Source: Thermoplasmatota archaeon
GTDB taxonomy: Archaea > Thermoplasmatota > E2 > DHVEG-1
NCBI GenBank assembly: GCA_016932245.1
Contig: JAFGDG010000049.1
Location: forward strand, 1 to 47,760
Direction: 5' to 3'
Length of the DNA: 47,760 nucleotides
Below are positions 19,204-28,468 of the stretch, piece after piece. Every line of letters starts with the position of its first letter. Within the stretch, counting starts at the first letter, position 1. A program made the position numbers and the translations under genes. The notes beneath the pieces are model-generated. The model had not been told where the DNA came from. It was given only the letters and a program-made list of their open reading frames with translations, and made no database searches.

Positions 19204-19472
19204 TAGAACTTTCCCCCCTCAAGATATTTTGCAATAAACAATGTTGAAATGTATGAAAGCAGCGCGTAGACGATAGCGACGTCGATATAAATCACTTCAT
19301 TGAACGCGGCGCCAAAGATGACCATACTGACAATGACAATGGTATTTATGGTATCCAACCCTACTGCCCTATCTGGGGCCGTTGGTCCTTTGATCACTCG
19401 TATAATGGCCATAATAACACATAACAAGAGCGCAAAGAGCACCACTAAACATTCAGTAGCCATGGCAATCAT
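19203..19472 (-). CDS. mbhB: MbhB / MrpF subunit
   Basis: RVIKGPTAPDRAVGLD and D.AIVYALLS...T...AKYLEGG motifs. Confidence 0.92.
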   Translation of the reverse strand: MIAMATECLVVLFALLLCVIMAIIRVIKGPTAPDRAVGLDTINTIVIVSMVIFGAAFNEVIYIDVAIVYALLSYISTLFIAKYLEGGKF

Positions 19473-20002
19473 TCTGCAATCCTCCTAATCCATTTGGGAA
19501 AACTTCCACAGATGTAGTTGCAATCCACTGGATTTTTGGTAAGTGCTTCTTTTTTCACATTGATCCAATGAATGTACAAATCATTATTTTTCTCATCAAC
19601 ATCAACCGTTAATGTACCTGGTGTTAGGGTAATAGAATTGGCAAGCATAGTTGTACCAAGATCAGTTTTCAACTCTGGCGATATCTTGACAATGCCTGGG
19701 TTGATTTTTCCGGTGATAACTCGATAGGCAACGTCGATATTGGATTTGGCCATGCCGTAAAAAAACGGACCGATGACATAGCCGACAAACAACCCCCATC
19801 TGACCGGGTTGAGCATACGTAAGCTTTTTTTTATAAAGATGGTCCGCGTGATAAATCCTACGATGGCTGAGAGAATAAACCCAAACAGAAATTCTTCGAT
19901 ACTCCATAACCCAAGAATGTTGGATGCATCGGTTGCACTTCCTGTGGTTAGCAGGAGATAGGTGATAAAACAGACAACCGTCGTTACAATAAATGCTATC
20001 AT
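19469..20002 (-). CDS. mbhA: MbhA / MrpE subunit
   Basis: SN.DVAYRV, INPGIV, LANSITLTPGTLT and LYIHWI motifs; GGGAGGA RBS. Confidence 0.93.
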   Translation of the reverse strand: MIAFIVTTVVCFITYLLLTTGSATDASNILGLWSIEEFLFGFILSAIVGFITRTIFIKKSLRMLNPVRWGLFVGYVIGPFFYGMAKSNIDVAYRVITGKINPGIVKISPELKTDLGTTMLANSITLTPGTLTVDVDEKNNDLYIHWINVKKEALTKNPVDCNYICGSFPKWIRRIAE

Positions 20003-20047
20003 GTTTTCCTCCCTTTTTTCCAGTATATGGTATCACGGTAATTCTGT

Positions 20048-20076
20048 TGCTTTTTAAAAGCTTATTGTTTTAAACA
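20048..20076 (-). promoter_or_regulatory. Putative mbh promoter: TATA box with adjacent palindrome TGTTTTAAACA (contains GTT-n3-AAC)
   Basis: CTTTTAAAAA on - at 20051-20060, about 50 nt upstream of mbhA; palindrome at 20066-20076 just upstream. Confidence 0.45.
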
Positions 20077-20163
20077 CAGCTGGAGTATGATGGAAGTAAA
20101 TAAAGGAAAGACCACCTCAAAAGTAATAAAAGCAGATGATATACTGGCTGCGGGGAGTTCTTG

Positions 20164-20826
20164 ATGAACGTCAAACTCATCGGTGTCACACCAAATCCAG
20201 AATTGCTACCTGCCATGGCGGCAAAGCTTACCCATAGCAAAACCAAACCAGAAGATCTTGATAAAAGTTCAGAAAAAGAACTAAAGGCAACGCTTGAGCA
20301 GGTGATGAAACTAGGACATACCAGCGTAGTTGAGCATACCAGTTTTACCTTTGCTATCAGTGATGTTAGTCGATCACTTACCCACCAATTGGTCCGTCAT
20401 CGTATTGCGAGTTATTCCCAACAAAGTCAGCGATATGTGAATTTAAATGACCCGTGCTATATTATCCCCCCCAAGATAGAAAAAAATAAAACCATGAAGC
20501 AAGCATATGAAGAAACCATGCACACCATCTGGGAACAATATAACAAACTACTATCCATGGATATCCCTGCAGAGGATGCACGGTATGTACTTCCCAACGC
20601 TACGTGTACCAATATTATTGTCACGATGAATGCCCGGTCGTTGTTGAATTTTTTTGATTTACGTTGTTGTTTACATGCTCAGTGGGAAATTCGATCACTT
20701 GCTAACCGCATGTTACAGGAGGTCAAAGTAGTTGCACCTACCATTTTTAAACATGCGGGCCCCTCTTGTAAACGAAAAGGAATTTGTCCTGAGAATAAGA
20801 AAGACTGTCCGCTATATCCTAAGTGA
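20164..20826 (+). CDS. thyX: Flavin-dependent thymidylate synthase
   Basis: GH.SV.EH, SRSLTHQLVRHRIASYSQQSQRYV (RHRx7S), EDARYVLP and AQWEIR motifs. Confidence 0.97.
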   Translation: MNVKLIGVTPNPELLPAMAAKLTHSKTKPEDLDKSSEKELKATLEQVMKLGHTSVVEHTSFTFAISDVSRSLTHQLVRHRIASYSQQSQRYVNLNDPCYIIPPKIEKNKTMKQAYEETMHTIWEQYNKLLSMDIPAEDARYVLPNATCTNIIVTMNARSLLNFFDLRCCLHAQWEIRSLANRMLQEVKVVAPTIFKHAGPSCKRKGICPENKKDCPLYPK

Positions 20827-21473
20827 TACGTATGAGACGGCCACATGTTACCATCAATTGTGCCATGTCTGTTGATGGAAAAATCGCATCGCCTTCTGGA
20901 AAACAACTGCGTATTTCGTGCGAAGAAGACATCCAACGCATGTATGAATTAAGAAATGCATCAGATGCAGTGTTGGTCGGCATCAATACCATTCTTTCCG
21001 ATAATCCTAAATTAACTGTGAAGAAAGCCTATGTAAAACAACCACAGCATCCGCTACGCATCGTGTTAGACACGCATTGTAAAACACCGACTGATGCGTT
21101 GGTAGTCACTGACAACGCAAAAACTTTAATTGTGGTGGGAAGCGCGTGTACCAAACACTATGGCAGTAATGTTGAAGTGGCAGTCTGCAAGCAAACGGCG
21201 AACGGTCTTATCGATTTGGAATCATTCTTGAACATGCTTTCACAACGAGGCATCAAGAAATTGATGGTTGAAGGAGGTAGCACGGTCATTTGGCAATTTT
21301 TACAGAAACATCTTGTCGATGATATGTATGTGTACGTTGCTCCTATGGTCATCGGTGGAACCAATACGCCGACACTTGCACAAGGCGATGCTAGAGCCCC
21401 CATAGAACTTAGTCTCGTAAATGCAAATAAACTTGGTCCTGGTCTACTTCTTCATTATCGATTGATACCATGA
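20823..21473 (+). CDS. 2,5-diamino-6-ribosylamino-4(3H)-pyrimidinone 5'-phosphate reductase (RibD C-terminal/DHFR fold)
   Basis: RPHV..N.AMS.DGKIA, DAVLVG..T...DNP.LTV and MVEGG motifs; alternative start ATG 20832. Confidence 0.85.
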   Translation: MIRMRRPHVTINCAMSVDGKIASPSGKQLRISCEEDIQRMYELRNASDAVLVGINTILSDNPKLTVKKAYVKQPQHPLRIVLDTHCKTPTDALVVTDNAKTLIVVGSACTKHYGSNVEVAVCKQTANGLIDLESFLNMLSQRGIKKLMVEGGSTVIWQFLQKHLVDDMYVYVAPMVIGGTNTPTLAQGDARAPIELSLVNANKLGPGLLLHYRLIP

Positions 21474-21934
21474 AACTCCTGTGTGACCACATGCTCGGTA
21501 CTCTTGCAACCTGGCTCCGGTTATGTGGATTTGATACGGCGTATGCTTCGGCAAACATCGATGATGCAGGGCTCCTTGATCTTGCTCAAAAAGAAAATCG
21601 TGTTCTCATTACTAGAGATAAACAACTCTTACATCGTGCGCAAACACGAAAACTCACTGTTGTCGGGCTTACTTCAACAGATCTCGATGAGCAACTGCAG
21701 CAGGTTCTATGGCACATACCACTTGATCCTGCCCGCATCTTAACTCGTTGTTCTGTGTGTAATACACCTCTTGAATCTATAGAAAAAAACAGGGTCAAAG
21801 AACATATCCCTCAGAAGGTGCTTGCACATCAAGAAACTTTTTGGCATTGCCCTCATTGCAACAAGATATATTGGGAAGGAAGTCATGTTGATAAAATTCG
21901 CAAAAAAATAGATATCCTCAAGAAACCCCGTTAA
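21470..21934 (+). CDS. Mut7-C RNase (PIN-fold) domain protein with Zn ribbon
   Basis: D.MLG.LA.WLR..GFD, R.L.TRD, RCS.CN and CP.C.KIYW.GSH motifs. Confidence 0.9.
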   Translation: MKLLCDHMLGTLATWLRLCGFDTAYASANIDDAGLLDLAQKENRVLITRDKQLLHRAQTRKLTVVGLTSTDLDEQLQQVLWHIPLDPARILTRCSVCNTPLESIEKNRVKEHIPQKVLAHQETFWHCPHCNKIYWEGSHVDKIRKKIDILKKPR

Positions 21935-21938
21935 TGTG

Positions 21939-22238
21939 TTATGTCAACATGCGAACCATCTGCGCGTGAGGCACTCCTTTAACCTTAAGAACACACTCAG
22001 CATCAACAAGACCAAGTTCGATAGCACAACGAACTGTTTTTTTACCCACGAGATTAGCAATAGTCACATCGGCCAATATTTTTTTCAATGCATTAACCCC
22101 TACCCTTTTTCCGTCATAGAATTCTTTAGTGACTTTAATTTCAAACTTCCCCTCAGAAAAGGTTTTTCCAATCAATTCTTCGTCACATGCACCTAGAAGA
22201 AGGTCATTTCCTTGTTTGTAGAGTTTGATACTGATCAC
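21939..22238 (-). CDS. DUF424 family protein
   Basis: ACDEELIGK.F.EG, FY.G, ANLVG..V..AI..G and GVPHAQ motifs. Confidence 0.85.
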   Translation of the reverse strand: MISIKLYKQGNDLLLGACDEELIGKTFSEGKFEIKVTKEFYDGKRVGVNALKKILADVTIANLVGKKTVRCAIELGLVDAECVLKVKGVPHAQMVRMLT

Positions 22239-22516
22239 GTAGGTCCCTTTCTATCTAATTCTATGTTAGTTTTTTCTCTTTTATATTTCTTTCGAAAAAG
22301 ATGGTCAAATGTGGCGATTTTTTATTTCCTTAGTTAAATTTGATATCACTTGCAAATAAACAACTGATTTTTGATATTTTTATGCAAAAATATATATAAT
22401 GCCAAAATAACGCGCATTTTGCACGTGAAACATTCTCGACCATAATGCTAAAAACCTACGATGATATATACGTGTTCTGCGACATATAAACACAGTATTT
22501 TTTGTGGGATAGAGGA

Positions 22517-24193
22517 ATGAAAACAATACTCAAGTTGTTCTCTGGCCATGGAACGTTCGTTCAACCAGATGCATTAACTTATATCTTATCAAAAGAACAT
22601 CCACAAACGTTTACCCAATTCATTCTTGATAATTTGAAAGAATATCCTTTCATTCTTACCCTTGAGCAGATTAAAACACTTGAACAAGCTGATGAACCCG
22701 AGAAACTGCCTCTATCGCCAAATCCTGTACTAGTGAATAAAGAGCTACAAACAAAAATACTGTCAACGATGTATGGCAGTCAGACCATTCACATCCCTCC
22801 TGCTGATGATGCCGACTTAGAGTACGATGATCCTGATAAAGACGATCAGATTGTCCTACCCTCAGAAAAACAAGAAAAATCAACAGCGTTTTCAGATATC
22901 GACGTCAAAAAAGTCAAAGGATGGAAGCCAAAGGCACGAGACTACGAATCTGAAGTACATGTTACTAAAGATATTACTGGTAATAGCACGTGCGAGGGGA
23001 CAACAAGTGATTTCACCAAGCTTTTCGTTAATCGATATCAGTCATTACGCAAAATACTACAAACACAACGTCGAGAGCTCGTTAATGTCATGCCTATCGA
23101 TCGTATCAAACGAAATGGCGTGAAAGAGGTTCAGATTATTGGTATTGTTAAAGCGGTCAAAACCACCGTCAATGGTCACCGATTAATCGAACTTGAGGAT
23201 GAAACAGGTGTGCAACCAGCAATTGCACTGAAAAACAACCGGGAGGCGATGGCTCTAGCGAATGAGGCATTATTGGATGAAATTATTGGTATTCGCGGGC
23301 AATTGAGCAAAAACGGAGATTTGCTCATTGTTCACAGCATCGTCTTTCCAGATGTTAGTATTCAAAATCAACGACACAAAGCAGATGTTCCTGTGTATGC
23401 TGCATTTCTTTCGGATATTCATATTGGCAGCAATAAATTCATGAAAGATGAATGGCGTTCTTTTCTTCGATGGATAACTGGTGGTATTGGTAATTCAAGA
23501 CAAAAAGATGTTGCCAGTAAAATCAAATATTTGGTATTGCCTGGAGACCTGGTCGACGGTATAGGTGTCTATCCTGGTCAGGAACAAGAACTGGATGTTG
23601 CTAATCTGTATGAACAATATGAGACGTTAGCAAAACAGCTCGAATTTATCCCCGGTCACATCACTATGATTATGCAACCCGGAAACCATGATGCGGTGAG
23701 ACCTGCAGAACCCCAACCAACATTTGAAAAAGAAGTGCAGCAACTCTTTTCTGGTAAAGAATTTATTTTTGTTGGAAATCCGTGTTATTTTTCTTTGCAC
23801 GGAGTCGAGATTCTTTCGTATCATGGTGTAAGTCTACTTGATTATGCTACCAGTATTCAACACCTCAATTACAATCAACCAACAGAGGTGATGAAAGTGA
23901 TGTTAAAAAAACGTCATCTCGCCCCCGTCTATGGCGGATACACACCACTAGCACCTGAGCATTTGGATCATATGGTAATTGACAAAGTGCCTGATATCTT
24001 TGTGACGGGCCATGTTCATACCGCCAATATTGATAAGTATCGCGGTGTCACGCTTATTAATGCATCTGCCTGGCAAGCACAAACCTCATATCAAAAAATG
24101 TTGAATTTTGTTCCAGATTCAGCAAAGTTGCCCATTGTTGATTTGAAATCAGGCAACGTCACAATGATGGATTTTAGTAAAGCCTTTTCGTAA
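22517..24193 (+). CDS. polB: DNA polymerase D small (proofreading) subunit DP1
   Basis: OB fold (LEDETG) plus calcineurin-like motifs SDIHIGS, GDLVDG.G.YP.Q, PGNHDA, YHG and TGHVH; start reassigned to ATG 22517. Confidence 0.95.
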   Translation: MKTILKLFSGHGTFVQPDALTYILSKEHPQTFTQFILDNLKEYPFILTLEQIKTLEQADEPEKLPLSPNPVLVNKELQTKILSTMYGSQTIHIPPADDADLEYDDPDKDDQIVLPSEKQEKSTAFSDIDVKKVKGWKPKARDYESEVHVTKDITGNSTCEGTTSDFTKLFVNRYQSLRKILQTQRRELVNVMPIDRIKRNGVKEVQIIGIVKAVKTTVNGHRLIELEDETGVQPAIALKNNREAMALANEALLDEIIGIRGQLSKNGDLLIVHSIVFPDVSIQNQRHKADVPVYAAFLSDIHIGSNKFMKDEWRSFLRWITGGIGNSRQKDVASKIKYLVLPGDLVDGIGVYPGQEQELDVANLYEQYETLAKQLEFIPGHITMIMQPGNHDAVRPAEPQPTFEKEVQQLFSGKEFIFVGNPCYFSLHGVEILSYHGVSLLDYATSIQHLNYNQPTEVMKVMLKKRHLAPVYGGYTPLAPEHLDHMVIDKVPDIFVTGHVHTANIDKYRGVTLINASAWQAQTSYQKMLNFVPDSAKLPIVDLKSGNVTMMDFSKAFS

Positions 24194-24274
24194 TTATGGG
24201 AACAAGCATTATCCAAAGATTTAAACCCCTTCTTTGCATTTGTTAATTAATACATTTTTTACGAGTCCGATATT

Positions 24275-27200
24275 ATGGGTGGGGACCTATCCAACGATGT
24301 GTCAGCGAGCTCCATCATGCGCGAGTATTTTATGCAACTGCAAGAAAACATCGAGGCGTGCTATTCCCTTGCTGGACAAGCAAGAAAAAAAGGTTTTGAT
24401 CCAGAGTTCATCGTAGAAATACCTCAAGCACGTGATTTAGCAGATCGAGTCGAACAATTAGTTGGCCCTAAAGGCATCGCCCCTACTATTCGTGAGGTGA
24501 CTAAAAAGATAGGAAATCGTGAACTAGTTTCACTTGATATTGCCAAACGGATTGTCAACGGAAAAACCTACAAATTTAAAACTACCGAGGAAGCACTAGA
24601 CCAAGCAATACGAACCGGTCTTGCTATTCTTACTGAAGGCGTGTTGGTTGCACCGTTGGAAGGCATTGCTGAGGTAAAATTGGGGACAAACAAGGATGGA
24701 ACAACCTATGTTGATCTCTATTTTTCAGGACCTATCCGAAGTGCAGGTGGGACAGGTCAAGCAATGAGTGTGTTGATTGCTGATGTCGTTCGCCGAGAAC
24801 TTGATATTGGGAACTACCAACCGACTCCTGGAGAAATTGAGAGATATAAAGAAGAAATCCCTCTGTATAAACGAGCCCAGCACCTCCAATATACGCCGTC
24901 TGTTGATGAAATTGATAAAATTGTGAAGGGATGCCCCATCTGCATTAATGGTGAAGGGACAGAGGACGTAGAAGTAACTGGTTATCGCGATTTGCCACGT
25001 GTAGGCACCAACCGTTTGCGAGGTGGTGCCTGTTTAGTTATTGCTGAAGGACTGTGTCTCAAAGCCCCTAAGATTCTCAAGCATGTTAAAAAGTTGAAAC
25101 TGAAGGGATGGGAATTTCTTGATAGTTTTGTCAATAAAGATGCTGGAAAAACACCGGATGGGGAAAAAACAACCAAAATTCCTACTATTGCTCCTTCAGC
25201 AAAATATATTGGTGAAGTTATTGCTGGTCGTCCCGTATTTTCACATCCCTCTCGAAAAGGAGGATTTCGACTACGATATGGACGGGCTAGGACTGCTGGG
25301 CTAGCAGCTACCGCGATAAATCCTATGGCTATGCACATTCTTGATGGGTTTATTGCTGTTGGCACGCAAATGAAAACAGAACGACCCGGTAAAGGAACCA
25401 TTGCCACTCCTTGTAGTCAAATCGAAGGTCCGATTGTACTTTTACAAAACGGTGATCTCGTTCAAATCAATACAAATGACAAACATTCCGTCTATGCTGT
25501 TAAACAAATTGTTGATCTTGGGGAAATTCTCATTCCTTTTGGAGAATTTATTGAAAATAATGCACTGTTGCCTGATGCAAGCTATACTTATGAATGGTGG
25601 ATTCAAGAGTTACAACAATCAATTGATTGTTTACCCAAAGAGTACACTCCTCAAGCGATACAACAAGCAGATGCAGTGCTTCAACAAAAGCTCAACGACG
25701 TGCTGAGGAAACCCATAAATCTCCAAGAAGTATCGGCACAAGAAGCGTTTTTCCTTTCAGAATCCTACAACATCCCCCTGCATCCGCGATATAATCTCTT
25801 CTGGCACGATATTGTGGCACTAGATGTCGTGGCACTTTCCCAGTATATCAAAGAAAAAGGAAGACTCGTCGATCAAACATTGCAGTTGCCTTTTGATACT
25901 GATATCAAGCGCATCCTCATCGATCTCGGTGTACTGCACAAACAACGAAATGAGGAATTCATCATCGATCATTATGCATATCCACTCATACGATGTTGTG
26001 GATTTGATGTAAAAAACACCAGTATTATTGAAACGCCAAGAAGCAAGATACTTCAGGATGTAGATACTAAAATGGATCCTACATCTCTTGTGTCCTCTCT
26101 TGCAGGTGTTGAGGTAAGAAAGAGAGCACCGTTTCGGATTGGAACGAGGATGGGCAGGCCTGAAAAAGCTGCAGCACGAAAAATGAGACCACCACCACAC
26201 GTTCTCTTTCCTATTGGTAATTATGGTGGTAACCAACGATTGCTACGCACTGCTGCCGAGAAAATGGAAATTGAAGTTGAAGCGGGAAAACGAACCTGTA
26301 AAACTTGTGGAAAATCAACATATAGGCTAACATGTGGGTGTGGTACCCATACCGATGTTGTTTTCACGAAAGAAAAAACAAATGGCACAAGCACCGTCAA
26401 AGGAAGAATAGAGGTTCATAAAATCAACATGGGGGAAGAACTCAACCGAGCAAAAAAGGCGTTGAAAGAACGTGCTCTCCCCGAAACTATCAAAGGAGTC
26501 ATTGGCACCATTTCAAAACACAAGACACCCGAGCCCCTTGAGAAAGGAATTTTGCGAGCAAAATATGATGTCTCGGTGTTCAAAGATGGTACGACTCGAT
26601 TCGATATGACTGATTCTCCGTTAACCCACTTTAAGCCTAAAGAAATCGGTGTCCCCCTGGAGCGGTTAAAAGAGCTGGGATATACCACAGACTATCTTGG
26701 AAACCTGTTGGAACGAGAAGGCCAGTTGTGTGAACTGAAGGTTCAAGATGTTATTATCTCAAGGGCATGTGCTGAATACTTTGTTCAAGTTTCAAAATTT
26801 ATTGATGACCTGCTTGCGAAGTTCTACAAACTCGATCGGTTTTATACCATACGAAAACTGGAGGATTTAACAGGTCACTTGGTCGTGGGTTTAGCTCCCC
26901 ATACTTCAGCAGGTTCCCTTGCAAGAATTATAGGATTTACCGATGCCCAAGTGTGTTTTGCCCATCCCTTCTATCATGCATCGAAACGAAGAAATTGTGA
27001 CGGCGATGAAGATGGTCTCATGCTGCTTCTCGATGCACTGTTAAACTTCTCTCATTCCTATATTCCTGATAAAAGAGGGGGACGCATGGATCTACCTCTC
27101 ATTCTCACCACTCGTATCGATCCATCAGAGGTGGATAAAGAAGCACATAATGTTGATACCCTTGCACGATATCCGCTGGAATTCTATCGGGCAACTATAC

Positions 27201-27748
27201 AACACGTTCATTCAAAAGAAATGGAATCGATCATGGGTTTGGTGTCTTCACGGTTAGGAACCGAATTGCAGTATGAACAGTTCGGGTTTACTCACGGCAC
27301 CAACGATATTTCAGAGGGACCAAAGCAATCTACCTACAAAACGTTAAAAACCATGATGGACAAGATGAATGCACAACTTAATCTTGCGGCAAAGATTCGG
27401 GCTGTTGACGAAGCTGATGTTGCCTACAAAGTCATCGAGCGTCACTTTTTGCCAGATATCATTGGCAATATGAGAGCATTTAGTAAACAAGCTGTTCGCT
27501 GTCCTACGTGTAATATTTCCTACCGACGACCTCCGTTGCAAGGATGTTGTACAAAATGTAATGGCAAACTCACTCTTACTGTTCATGAAAAGTCAGTAAA
27601 AAAATATTTAGAAATCTCAAAAGAGATTGCAGAACGGTACAGTATTTCTCCCTATGCACGCCAACGGATAAATTTAGTTGAGAAAAATATTGACTCACTG
27701 TTCATGAGCGACAAAGTAAAAACAACGAAATTAACTGATTTTTTCTGA
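24275..27748 (+). CDS. polC: DNA polymerase D large subunit DP2 (no intein)
   Basis: GPIRSAGGT, GGFRLRYGR, RMGRPEKA, KRRNCDGDED active site, Zn fingers and C-terminal PIP-like KLTDFF. Confidence 0.98.
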   Translation: MGGDLSNDVSASSIMREYFMQLQENIEACYSLAGQARKKGFDPEFIVEIPQARDLADRVEQLVGPKGIAPTIREVTKKIGNRELVSLDIAKRIVNGKTYKFKTTEEALDQAIRTGLAILTEGVLVAPLEGIAEVKLGTNKDGTTYVDLYFSGPIRSAGGTGQAMSVLIADVVRRELDIGNYQPTPGEIERYKEEIPLYKRAQHLQYTPSVDEIDKIVKGCPICINGEGTEDVEVTGYRDLPRVGTNRLRGGACLVIAEGLCLKAPKILKHVKKLKLKGWEFLDSFVNKDAGKTPDGEKTTKIPTIAPSAKYIGEVIAGRPVFSHPSRKGGFRLRYGRARTAGLAATAINPMAMHILDGFIAVGTQMKTERPGKGTIATPCSQIEGPIVLLQNGDLVQINTNDKHSVYAVKQIVDLGEILIPFGEFIENNALLPDASYTYEWWIQELQQSIDCLPKEYTPQAIQQADAVLQQKLNDVLRKPINLQEVSAQEAFFLSESYNIPLHPRYNLFWHDIVALDVVALSQYIKEKGRLVDQTLQLPFDTDIKRILIDLGVLHKQRNEEFIIDHYAYPLIRCCGFDVKNTSIIETPRSKILQDVDTKMDPTSLVSSLAGVEVRKRAPFRIGTRMGRPEKAAARKMRPPPHVLFPIGNYGGNQRLLRTAAEKMEIEVEAGKRTCKTCGKSTYRLTCGCGTHTDVVFTKEKTNGTSTVKGRIEVHKINMGEELNRAKKALKERALPETIKGVIGTISKHKTPEPLEKGILRAKYDVSVFKDGTTRFDMTDSPLTHFKPKEIGVPLERLKELGYTTDYLGNLLEREGQLCELKVQDVIISRACAEYFVQVSKFIDDLLAKFYKLDRFYTIRKLEDLTGHLVVGLAPHTSAGSLARIIGFTDAQVCFAHPFYHASKRRNCDGDEDGLMLLLDALLNFSHSYIPDKRGGRMDLPLILTTRIDPSEVDKEAHNVDTLARYPLEFYRATIQHVHSKEMESIMGLVSSRLGTELQYEQFGFTHGTNDISEGPKQSTYKTLKTMMDKMNAQLNLAAKIRAVDEADVAYKVIERHFLPDIIGNMRAFSKQAVRCPTCNISYRRPPLQGCCTKCNGKLTLTVHEKSVKKYLEISKEIAERYSISPYARQRINLVEKNIDSLFMSDKVKTTKLTDFF

Positions 27749-27815
27749 TTTTGTAGGAGCATAACCTTCAAATAGCAATTCTATTATGTAGTGTGTACTA
27801 AAAGGAGTTAATAGC

Positions 27816-28073
27816 ATGGCGAGTGATATGTTACAACAAATGAGTAAAAAAACATGGTATCGTTGGTCATTTTACATCAACATTGTGTTATTCTTCATTA
27901 TTGCGTTGTGCATCTATTTATTGGTAATTGATTGTCTTAGTTTACATCTCTCCGCAGATCCTTATGCATGGTTGTACATTACACGAGACTTAGCATTTCT
28001 TTCCATCGCACTCGCGTTAATTTTCTTTCAATTCTTCAGAAATTTACTGCTTATTATGCGACGAGCACTATAA
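27816..28073 (+). CDS. Small 2-TM membrane protein
   Basis: AGGAG RBS; 85 aa; two hydrophobic segments. Confidence 0.7.
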   Translation: MASDMLQQMSKKTWYRWSFYINIVLFFIIALCIYLLVIDCLSLHLSADPYAWLYITRDLAFLSIALALIFFQFFRNLLLIMRRAL

Positions 28074-28092
28074 TGACAACGCAATGGCGAAA

Positions 28093-28406
28093 GGTGTAGA
28101 ATAGACTGGGGAGGTAGGCGTTCCCTGTAACCAGAAATCGCCTTCATGCTGGGGTCGAAACCAAGAGGCGATGTAACGAGCGTTTATTGATCCGTTTGTT
28201 GACGATGAGACCCTGTCCTCTGGGATCAGAGGTGGTGCTACATATGACCGGAGGGCCATATGTACATCTTCGTTGCGGGAACCGGGCGAGGCACGGAAGT
28301 GAGCAGCCTTACCGTAAACTGCTGATGCTCAAAGGGTCAACGGGGTCGAGAAGGCAGATGGGTAGTCAATGAACGACCCGTGCACCCACTCGCGACCTTC
28401 TACACC
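28093..28406 (+). ncRNA. ffs: Archaeal signal recognition particle RNA (7S)
   Basis: Helix 1 GGTGTAGAA/TTCTACACC closes about 314 nt; Alu-domain CCTGTAACC; helix 6 TACATATG-..GGAG..-CATATGTA; helix 8 AGGCAC-GGAA-GTGAGCAGCCT. Confidence 0.92.
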
Positions 28407-28468
28407 CGCTAAAATTATTTAACCTAGATTTGCATTTCACCTTTTTACCGATAGTTGGGGGAATTCAT

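Noticed and set aside
20823-21473. RibD-like ORF as a cryptic dihydrofolate reductase because it follows thyX
   Set aside because: Motifs fit the archaeal riboflavin-pathway reductase, and ThyX does not generate dihydrofolate; not fully excluded
22240-22516. AT-rich intergenic region upstream of DP1 as a replication origin
   Set aside because: No repeated ORB (TCCA..GGAAAC plus G-string) and no cdc6/orc1; divergent promoters explain it
26985-27015. Inteins in DP2 or MCM
   Set aside because: RRNCDGDED and the MCM Walker motifs are uninterrupted and protein lengths are normal
28068-28372. Short ORFs 28068-28259 (-) and 28187-28372 (+)
   Set aside because: They overlap the SRP RNA, which explains the GC-rich structured sequence
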